This document shows, in pieces, positions 17,514 through 24,835 of a DNA stretch of 24,835 nucleotides. The stretch comes from a virus. Lineage: Duplodnaviria > Caudoviricetes. The position numbers were made by a program, and so were the translations under genes. The stretch is taken from positions 1 through 24,835 of IMG/VR virus record IMGVR_UViG_3300008448_000596; one strand, given 5' to 3'. The notes beneath the pieces were generated by a model, which worked only from the letters and a program-made list of their open reading frames with translations, was not told the origin of the DNA and did no database searches. Numbering within the stretch: the first letter of the stretch is position 1; every line of letters begins with the position of its first letter.

Positions 17514-19399
17514 CCGAATGACCTCGCTCTTCCAACAATATCATTGTTTGGATATTTTATTTCAAAAATAGAAGGATCTAACGATGGGAACAATACACCA
17601 TCTTTTATGGATTGATCGATATTGTAAGCATGAGGCGAATACCCCAAAGTTGGATCGAATAGGTTTTTGAGTTTTATATTAACAACGGTTTGAACACCGG
17701 GAACTCTGTCTAATTCTGTATAGATATTGCTGATAATAATTGGTTGATTTATTTGCCATTTTTTAATATCAAAATACTGTTTAAGTCTATCAATACAACG
17801 AAGAACTACTTGATTTGAATTTTCATCTGGCAATGTAATAATATCAAACTCAATACCAATGTTGATAACATAAGCATCTCTTATGTTTATGGCATCAGTT
17901 AGCATTCTATACCAATTTAGATAAGTTTTAAGATTTTCTTTTGTGGCATCATTAACAGTAGTCAATTTACCGTTTATATCATAACCCAATACATAAAAAT
18001 TCAAAGCAAGGTCATTCTGAACTCTATCACTATTGAATATAGAATCTTTTGTTAATTGTGTATCTTTTGTTATGTATGCCTTTGCTATAGAACCATATCG
18101 TGCGGGTAAACTATATGCACGGATGATATAATCTTCTTTTGTTACTGCTCTATTTTGTGCAGCAAATGAAGCAACTGCATTATATCTTATTTCATTTATA
18201 TCTTCTTCAAGTTTACCACCAGTAGCAGGTTCTGGATTAGTTACTGCCAAACTTGATATTGCTTGAGCATGAAGAACTGGATCCAATCCTTCTTGATCCA
18301 ATATAGCAGTTCGTCTCAATATATTAGTAAGAACTTCACTAGGAACATTATCACTATTACCCTTTCCAACGGTGTAGTAAACCGTTAAAGATGTATTATT
18401 TGGAGCAAGTCCATAAGTTTTAGTGTATAAAAAGTTTGATGGATCAATATCTATTGATAAATTTGGATTTGTCATCGGTAATGATCCACCGACTAAATCT
18501 GGATTTGGTATCAATAGTTCATCATCAACATCAGAAATACCGGCACCAAATTGTAATTCAAATGTTCCGTTTGAAAATTGTCTTGACGTAAATCTTCTTG
18601 GTATCTTTTTTAATTTTAATAGATATGGGGTTTCTAATCTGTATTTGCTTAATTTAGCATCATTTCTTGGAACGTTTAATACCGGTTCAAAAACAGTATC
18701 CTGTGAAAGATATGGAACATGAGTCCATGCATTACCTTCCGAATCTATTGCATATAAAATTTCTATTATATCTGGATCATTTATAGTAACCTTGTCATAC
18801 GGTTTTGGATCGTTAAATGTAAAATCTACTGTTTTTACATCACCGGAAACTGCTTTTGCAGATTTTTTTAACAACCAATATGTAACTTCACCAGTTGTAT
18901 CATCTATTTCATACGGAGTTACTTCTGTTGGATCAAAACTACTACTTGTTTTGAAATCAACATAATCTATTGTTCTAAAACTAATTTCACCATCGGTTGT
19001 TGGTGAAACTGTCATTCCTGGTTCTATAGCAAATGCATAATCAAAATCAGGAACTATATTTCCAGTTACTAATTTTGCAGGAACAACTTGAAAAATATCC
19101 AAAACTACATTTGCAGAAATTCTATTCTTTGGTCTATATCCCAATGATTGTGCAATGTTTAATATATTTTGACGTTCATTGGCAAAAAGTATCATTGATT
19201 CTTGTAATGTAACATCTGTATAGAAAGATAAAACATCACCAACATAAGCAGACATTTCCAAAAACATCATACCAGGAGATGACTCATTAAAATCTTGGTA
19301 TGTATCAGGAAAATAATTTTTACTGAAATCAATCAATGCCTTTTTTAATGAATTAAAATCTCTGTTCACATAACGAACATCTTTGTTTATCAAAGCCAT
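17510..19399 (-). CDS. Baseplate wedge subunit (T4 gp6/baseplate J-like)
   Basis: RDFNSLKKALIDF..YFPDTYQDFNESSPGMMFLEMSAYVGDVLSFYTD, IAQSLGYRP, ELQFGAG, ATGG..E...EIR and QNRAVTKEDY. Likely start is ATG 19399 with AGGTGA SD; the track gives GTG 19411. Confidence 0.9.
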   Translation of the reverse strand: MALINKDVRYVNRDFNSLKKALIDFSKNYFPDTYQDFNESSPGMMFLEMSAYVGDVLSFYTDVTLQESMILFANERQNILNIAQSLGYRPKNRISANVVLDIFQVVPAKLVTGNIVPDFDYAFAIEPGMTVSPTTDGEISFRTIDYVDFKTSSSFDPTEVTPYEIDDTTGEVTYWLLKKSAKAVSGDVKTVDFTFNDPKPYDKVTINDPDIIEILYAIDSEGNAWTHVPYLSQDTVFEPVLNVPRNDAKLSKYRLETPYLLKLKKIPRRFTSRQFSNGTFELQFGAGISDVDDELLIPNPDLVGGSLPMTNPNLSIDIDPSNFLYTKTYGLAPNNTSLTVYYTVGKGNSDNVPSEVLTNILRRTAILDQEGLDPVLHAQAISSLAVTNPEPATGGKLEEDINEIRYNAVASFAAQNRAVTKEDYIIRAYSLPARYGSIAKAYITKDTQLTKDSIFNSDRVQNDLALNFYVLGYDINGKLTTVNDATKENLKTYLNWYRMLTDAINIRDAYVINIGIEFDIITLPDENSNQVVLRCIDRLKQYFDIKKWQINQPIIISNIYTELDRVPGVQTVVNIKLKNLFDPTLGYSPHAYNIDQSIKDGVLFPSLDPSIFEIKYPNNDIVGRARSFG

Positions 19400-19407
19400 G
19401 TTATATC

Positions 19408-19923
19408 TCACCTATAATTGTTTGGTTGTATTGCGGCAATTTCTATTCCACCAGTAACAGATATAAATATCCTAATAGGTAAATATATCGTTGTTTCTCT
19501 AACTTTAACCGTAAAATCTATCTTTATTGCATGATCATTTTCTGCTAATTCCGAAACATTTGGACTTATATCAACTGTTAATTTTTCTAATGTTAGATAT
19601 GGCAGCCATTCCTTAAATGCATCTGCAATGTCATTTTTAATCGTTTCTACAAAAGTTTCTTCACTTGTGATATTTTCAAATAAAATATATCTTAAATTTG
19701 TTCCAAAATCAGGTAGCATATATCGCTCACCCTTTGAAGTCAATAAAAGATTTCTGATGTTTGAATATATCTGTTGTTGATTAGTTAAACTTTGATAAAA
19801 TATACCACGTGGATTATTAAATGGTAAAGTTACACCAACAAATTTATTACCAGTAATAACACTTCCTTCATTTACTGGTCTTGTGTAATACTGCCATCTA
19901 TTTCTGCCAAGTCTTTTTTCCAA
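19408..19923 (-). CDS. Baseplate wedge subunit gp25/GPW-like
   Basis: NIRNLLLTSKGERYMLPDFGTNLRYILFE and WLPYL are hallmark gp25 motifs. Directly upstream of the gp6-like gene. TTG start is uncertain. Confidence 0.92.
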   Translation of the reverse strand: MEKRLGRNRWQYYTRPVNEGSVITGNKFVGVTLPFNNPRGIFYQSLTNQQQIYSNIRNLLLTSKGERYMLPDFGTNLRYILFENITSEETFVETIKNDIADAFKEWLPYLTLEKLTVDISPNVSELAENDHAIKIDFTVKVRETTIYLPIRIFISVTGGIEIAAIQPNNYR

Positions 19924-19926
19924 TTA

Positions 19927-20355
19927 TTATCTCCCTTTCTTTTCGTCAATTTTTTTCATAAGAGCGGAATAATCTCGTGTTAAAGCTGACATAACTTCTG
20001 TTGGAATTTCAGCTTGTGAAAATCCTTGTGGAATTGGTGCACTTCCTCTTTCATATCCGAATCCTTCTGCCATATCAGCCGTAAAACGAAATTCATCTTC
20101 CATCTCATAACTCTCTTGGAGACTACGTTTTGTTTCTGCAAGTAATTCTTGAATAGAACCAAATTCAGTTTTTTGTGTTTTAGGTTTTACAACTTTTTTT
20201 GGTGTCTGTGTTTCATTATACATAGAAAGACCATGTTTAAGAGCAGAAATATCATCCTTTTTTGTTTGAGATTGTGATGTCTTCTTTTTAAGAGCATACT
20301 CTATTTCTTCTCTTATTATTGAACGTATTTCTTGTAAAAATTTCTTTGTGTCCAT
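19927..20355 (-). CDS. Hypothetical protein (142 aa)
   Basis: Strong TAAGGAG SD at 20364-20370. Helical termini (IRSIIREEI; ALTRDYSALMKKID). Fits tightly between its neighbours. Confidence 0.85.
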   Translation of the reverse strand: MDTKKFLQEIRSIIREEIEYALKKKTSQSQTKKDDISALKHGLSMYNETQTPKKVVKPKTQKTEFGSIQELLAETKRSLQESYEMEDEFRFTADMAEGFGYERGSAPIPQGFSQAEIPTEVMSALTRDYSALMKKIDEKKGR

Positions 20356-20367
20356 TAAAATAACTCC

Positions 20368-22980
20368 TTATCCTGGTTCTATAATTTGATCGTATAAATT
20401 TTTCTTCAAAGTCCCTAAAATGTTTTTTTTCTTATTTACAACAGCTTTCATATAATTATCAACTAATTCAGTTCTTCGGAATATGCCGTTCATTGTTGAA
20501 TCAATTTTTTGTGGTGCGGGTGAATTTTGTGAATTTATCAATTTATGAAAAGCAACATGAGAACCTGGAGCATCAGCCGCAAAATCCCAAATTTTACCCT
20601 TTTGACAACAAAATCTATAACCCGCACCAGATACCTTGCCACCAGCAGCATTTTTTGCGATTACAGCACTACCGGTATTACCACCTATTCTCCACATAGT
20701 TCCGTCTGGATTTACATACGGGCACACTTCAACATGAGATCCTCGTGTTATTATTGATGCTTCCCAATCTTTTACACTTAAAAAATGATCCATCAATTTT
20801 TTACCCATTTCTGTCATTCCGTCATCTGTAAAATGAACACCTCGAATGAAATAAGCAGATATTGGATTTGGTAACATCTGTTCGTATACTTGGATTGCTA
20901 TTTCTTCTTCTTTCTTTTTTTCAGTTTCAATAGCAACTAATTTACCATTTACTTTTTTTGTACCAGGAACTTTTTCTATTGTAGTTTTAGTATATTTGGT
21001 TTGTTTGTAAAATTTGTATAAATGACAATGTTCTCTTGCGTCTTCTGATCCTTTTATCGGACTACCCATTTTTTGTAATTCTGGATTAACTTCCATCTTG
21101 CCTGTTTCTGGATTAACAAACATTGGTAAACTCGCATAAGTTCCCTCCGAATCTTGTGTTATTGGATTTGGTATAAATTCCGAATATACAAGTGATGCAT
21201 TATGTGCACCAGCAGGATTGCTAAGTGTATGTTTTGGTGTATAACCACTATGTGTCCAAACGAACCACGATGAATACCCACACCAATGTGAACGTTCTCC
21301 CCAAGATGCATAACCTTCCATGGCTCCAATTCCCCAACCATTTTCATTTGTTATTGCACCAGTAACAACTCTATGTTGTTCTGTTTGATTTTCAGCAACA
21401 TAAGGTATAGCAGAATTACAAATACCAACTTCTGGAAAATTCATTATTATTGGATATTCTGTTATTTTATGATCTTTTTCAGGATCTATTTTTGCTCCCA
21501 AAATGGGAGAGCTCACATAACCACCCCAAGAATATCTACCTGGAAGTTTTCTCCCACTAAATTTAACTGCACCGGTAATAGAACTTTCTACTCTTTTATA
21601 TTCATTAGCAGGAATTCCTTGATTTGCAGTTCCTTTACTATTGGTTCTAAATCCCCAATATCCTTTTGAAGTAGGACCAATATAAACTCCACCTTGAACT
21701 GGAGCTTCACCAGCAGCCCATACGGATTTAATATGAGATTGAATCCTTATTGAACTATCAGGAGCATCAATAGTTGATAAAAGTTCTCGCATTTTCACTT
21801 CGGTTAATGCCTTACTATTTTCAACATTCGGTGGAGCACCTTCTGGAGAAGTATTTGATTTTGGTTTAGCTTCAAATTTTTGTTCTGCATCCTGTGGATT
21901 TGTTACTGGATTTTCGTCTTCTGGTGTATCTGTGTTATTTGAATCTTCCGTAAATCCCCAACCTGCATAAAGTGCAGCCAATTCTGATGATTGGGTGGCA
22001 ATTACTTGTTTATACACCCAAGCAGCAGCATCAATACCATCACCAGTTATTATTTCTTTTGCAGTATATGTAACACCTTTTACTGTTATGTTTCCTTTAT
22101 CATCAAAAAATATACTCTTTTTAGTGTCATCTGGATCTGCTATACTAACAACTGCACCATAAGTTGAATCACGTTTAACAATCCAAAAGATTCCTAATAC
22201 ATTAAGTTGTTTTTTTGTTGGTGGTGTATTGTTTTGCAAACCTAATGCAGTATCAAACAAGGCCTTACGTTCTTCTTCTGATTTTGAAAAGTAATCTTTT
22301 AGATTAAATGTGGTTGATCCAACCGTGAATGTATCGTCAGACCAAGCGGCTTCAATTTTTGCAACATCTGTTTCTGTTTCTGATGATTCAGTTCCCTTTC
22401 TATCAATAGGATATTGCACACCCTTATATTCTATGTATTTTCCTTTACTTCTGTTCCTTCCTTCTCCAAAAAAACTTGGTCCAGAATCACCAGTTCCACT
22501 TCCAAATTGTCCACTTCTATCACTTCCAGTATTTTGTTCGTCTGTATTTGGTGGATTATCTATTGAATCATCATCTTTTGGTTGGTCTTGTTCATTTGTT
22601 CCACCACCGCCACCTCCGGTATTTGTTCCACCACCAGTATCTCCCCCTCCAGTATCTTCATCTTCATCGTCACCGGAAGTATTACCAAAAGTACCAGAAA
22701 GAAGATTTTGTATAAAACTTGATATGGCATTGTCATCATTAGTTTTTTCTTCATCTTTTTGAACTTTTTTATTACCACTTGTAACAACTGCACCGCCTGA
22801 TGTAGTGTTTCTTTTGTGACCACCATCGTCATCAGTTCTTGTATTAACAAAGTCATCTTTTGTTTCGGTATCAGTATTTTCTTTTTTTGTATTTTTTTGA
22901 TTTGTAGTATTTAACGATCCACGTGTTTTATCATCACGTGGTGCTTCGTCTTGTTCTACATCATCTACTGTTCTTGGCAT
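20368..22980 (-). CDS. Putative tail-associated CHAP/NlpC-P60-like cysteine-histidine peptidoglycan hydrolase with disordered N-terminus
   Basis: HWCGYSSWFVWTHSG (Cys codon 21280-21282), GSHVEV (His codon 20734-20736) and IGGNTGS match the CHAP pattern 'WCa.fv.w....aG / gHvg.v / eGN'. The N-terminal ~175 aa is D/T/G/N-rich low complexity. Confidence 0.6.
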   Translation of the reverse strand: MPRTVDDVEQDEAPRDDKTRGSLNTTNQKNTKKENTDTETKDDFVNTRTDDDGGHKRNTTSGGAVVTSGNKKVQKDEEKTNDDNAISSFIQNLLSGTFGNTSGDDEDEDTGGGDTGGGTNTGGGGGGTNEQDQPKDDDSIDNPPNTDEQNTGSDRSGQFGSGTGDSGPSFFGEGRNRSKGKYIEYKGVQYPIDRKGTESSETETDVAKIEAAWSDDTFTVGSTTFNLKDYFSKSEEERKALFDTALGLQNNTPPTKKQLNVLGIFWIVKRDSTYGAVVSIADPDDTKKSIFFDDKGNITVKGVTYTAKEIITGDGIDAAAWVYKQVIATQSSELAALYAGWGFTEDSNNTDTPEDENPVTNPQDAEQKFEAKPKSNTSPEGAPPNVENSKALTEVKMRELLSTIDAPDSSIRIQSHIKSVWAAGEAPVQGGVYIGPTSKGYWGFRTNSKGTANQGIPANEYKRVESSITGAVKFSGRKLPGRYSWGGYVSSPILGAKIDPEKDHKITEYPIIMNFPEVGICNSAIPYVAENQTEQHRVVTGAITNENGWGIGAMEGYASWGERSHWCGYSSWFVWTHSGYTPKHTLSNPAGAHNASLVYSEFIPNPITQDSEGTYASLPMFVNPETGKMEVNPELQKMGSPIKGSEDAREHCHLYKFYKQTKYTKTTIEKVPGTKKVNGKLVAIETEKKKEEEIAIQVYEQMLPNPISAYFIRGVHFTDDGMTEMGKKLMDHFLSVKDWEASIITRGSHVEVCPYVNPDGTMWRIGGNTGSAVIAKNAAGGKVSGAGYRFCCQKGKIWDFAADAPGSHVAFHKLINSQNSPAPQKIDSTMNGIFRRTELVDNYMKAVVNKKKNILGTLKKNLYDQIIEPG

Positions 22981-23010
22981 ATTATTTCTCTCTGTTAAGT
23001 TTTATGTTAA

Positions 23011-24835
23011 TTACCATGCAAGTGCAACTGAAACGGGTCTTCCTGGAGCTGATAGTTTTTCTCCATTTATGAAACATTGTCTTGATGCACTACCATCAGA
23101 AACACCCAAATTTTTAACATTACCTTTGTAATAACTTTGTATAGCAGCTGCTATTTGTCCAGGATCCGGAACTCCGGTTGTTCCAGCAAACCATGTACCG
23201 TTTTTAAGATGTCCTATAAACGATGTTCCACTAGCAAGTCCTAATTTTGCCAACTGTTCCGGTGTCCATGAACTAACTTTTCCATCATCAATAGCTAATG
23301 CAGAACCTGGAGCAGAATAACGAATATGTTTTGAATTATTTATCGATTTAACAGCATCAGTTTTGTAATCACCACCATCTTTGTAAATATCTGATCCACG
23401 ACCTAAATGTGGACCACTCGAATCAATCCAAAACATTGATGCATATTTTCTAAAAGCTTCAACTGTTTTTCCACCATAATTAACACCATTTACAATAAGA
23501 GCACCAGTTGGTTGTGCCCATCCCCAACCTTCACCACCACTTTCAAACATACTCCAATTTATGTAATTTTTTATATTTGGAAATTCCATTTCCCAACTTC
23601 TAAATCCTGTTTGCCCATTAGGCAATGGTCTTTGGAATGGACTTTTTCTTCCTTTAGCATATGCTGCCACCCATGATCGATTATATGAGTCAGGACCAGG
23701 CATACCGATTGGTCTGAAGCATTCAAATTCAAATTGTATTCCACCTCCTGGCTTTTGATATTCACCTGTAATTTTATACAATACTTTAATCGTAGAAGGA
23801 TCTGGAATTTCTGTCCATGTTGCTCCTCCATGTTTAATTAACTTACCGGAGGCTGTTGATTCAAAACCAGTATCAACAGTTGCAAATTCTGGTTTTTTGA
23901 ATGTTGTATTTATATCATAAGTTTTATTATTCCAACTTCCTTCACTTGTAATAAATTCAATATCTATTGCAACAATACGATTACCGGCATCTTCTTCAAA
24001 TCCACCACCTTTTTTGAAACGATCGAAACCGATACTTTGATTTGTAAGTTTTTTAGAACCCTTATTGCCCACACAATTAAAACTTCCATAAACTTTTTTT
24101 GGTGCAAACGAAAGGGATGTTAATGATAACCCACCAGCTTCAAAATTATTAACTTCAAAATCTGCCATACTTGCAGGAAATACAGTTACACTAACATTAT
24201 TTCTTATCCAATAATCACCAGGTTTACCAGTTTTTGCATCTTTTATTGGTTTTGGTATTCCATTTAATGACGTTAATTCGTTATTAGAACAATCAAATTT
24301 TGTTACACCAGTTGTAGAAACTACACCCAATCCAGTTAGACTTGTAATTTTATTACCACCACAATTAAATCCACCAGGACCAAATGTTGTAATTCCATTA
24401 CCGTCTAATGAGGTTAAAGCACAAGCTGAAACATCGTAGATATATTCTGTTTGACTTTTTGAAGTATCAGTAATTCCTGTTATTTTCTTAGGACCACCTG
24501 AAAGTGATGTTAATGATTTGTTATCACTTGCAATAAACATACTAACTTCATCAGGTGAACCAGCAAGAGAAGTTAATTGATTATTACTACAATCAAATTT
24601 TCCTTTAACAACTTTTGGAGATCCAACTAATGTTGTTAGTCCAGCCCTTGAACATCTAAAACTTCCTTCTATTGCTCCAAAAGGAATTGTAAATTTTCCA
24701 TTTTCAACAAGTTTAACTGGATCACTTTTTGTAGGTGCATTTATTGTAACATTACCTTTTATAGAAACTGCTCCATTTGCGTCTATTGTAATTTCAGCAT
24801 TTTTATCAACATCAAGTTGGGGCGTTTTATCAACA
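23011..24835 (-). CDS. 5'-truncated protein with phage LRR-like repeats and C-terminal phosphodiester-glycosidase (DUF2233/NAGPA)-like domain
   Basis: The frame stays open beyond the track's ATG at 24540 to the window edge (...ITIDANGAVSIKGNV...PFGAIEGSFRCSRAGLTTLVGSPKVVKGKFDCSNNQLTSLAGSPDEVSMF...). Repeats follow F.C..N.LTSL.G.P. The C-terminus has YINWSMF, PTGALIVNG, TSFIGHLKNG, SDGSAS and RPV. Confidence 0.7.
   Translation of the reverse strand, partial: VDKTPQLDVDKNAEITIDANGAVSIKGNVTINAPTKSDPVKLVENGKFTIPFGAIEGSFRCSRAGLTTLVGSPKVVKGKFDCSNNQLTSLAGSPDEVSMFIASDNKSLTSLSGGPKKITGITDTSKSQTEYIYDVSACALTSLDGNGITTFGPGGFNCGGNKITSLTGLGVVSTTGVTKFDCSNNELTSLNGIPKPIKDAKTGKPGDYWIRNNVSVTVFPASMADFEVNNFEAGGLSLTSLSFAPKKVYGSFNCVGNKGSKKLTNQSIGFDRFKKGGGFEEDAGNRIVAIDIEFITSEGSWNNKTYDINTTFKKPEFATVDTGFESTASGKLIKHGGATWTEIPDPSTIKVLYKITGEYQKPGGGIQFEFECFRPIGMPGPDSYNRSWVAAYAKGRKSPFQRPLPNGQTGFRSWEMEFPNIKNYINWSMFESGGEGWGWAQPTGALIVNGVNYGGKTVEAFRKYASMFWIDSSGPHLGRGSDIYKDGGDYKTDAVKSINNSKHIRYSAPGSALAIDDGKVSSWTPEQLAKLGLASGTSFIGHLKNGTWFAGTTGVPDPGQIAAAIQSYYKGNVKNLGVSDGSASRQCFINGEKLSAPGRPVSVALAW

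Noticed and set aside
20737-21279. Intein or intron explaining the CHAP insertion
   Set aside because: No recognisable intein termini with a Hint-domain context and no homing-endonuclease motif; the frame is uninterrupted.
98-22762. Plus-strand ORFs in the track (e.g. 10695-11126, 15671-16147, 22310-22762) and short nested minus-strand ORFs
   Set aside because: They lie inside or across well-supported minus-strand genes, have shadow-frame composition and show no motifs.
55-24835. Stop-codon reassignment, since none of the 17 visible stop codons is TAG
   Set aside because: Genes are full length and tightly packed under the standard code with no in-frame TAG. Low TAG use is expected in an AT-rich genome.
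11482-24835. Bacterial contractile injection system (eCIS/T6SS/tailocin)
   Set aside because: The baseplate genes run directly into phage-type endonuclease I, primase and nuclease genes, with no bacterial housekeeping context.
1-24835. tRNA, rRNA, CRISPR array or IS element
   Set aside because: The largest intergenic gap is 77 bp and is AT-rich with no cloverleaf. No repeat-spacer periodicity or transposase was seen.

Overview
AT-rich segment of a large contractile-tailed (myovirus-like) phage. All credible genes are on the minus strand and tightly packed. In transcription order (right to left): a 5'-truncated protein with phage LRR-like 'LTSLxGxP' repeats and a diverged phosphodiester-glycosidase-like C-terminus; an 870-aa protein with an interrupted CHAP-like peptidase domain; a small hypothetical; baseplate wedge genes (gp25-like, gp6-like, gp7/P2 gpI-like) interleaved with a DNRLRE-like and a coiled-coil gene; a 230-aa protein resembling the N-half of a tail-collar domain; five paralogous putative baseplate/fibre proteins that share a C-terminal 'YITxxGLY...AxxKL..P..K' module; a T7 gp3-like endonuclease I; a TOPRIM primase with a degenerate zinc ribbon; and the first codons of a probable SbcD/Mre11-like gene. 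The most notable signals are the five-member paralogue array with variable N-termini, a possible split tail-collar domain, strong enrichment of [S/T]-[G/A/S]-S tripeptides in a subset of virion proteins, and a Bacteroidota-type promoter inside a perfect 11-bp inverted repeat in a genome that also shows Shine-Dalgarno motifs. All family calls are by-eye motif recognition; no searches were run.
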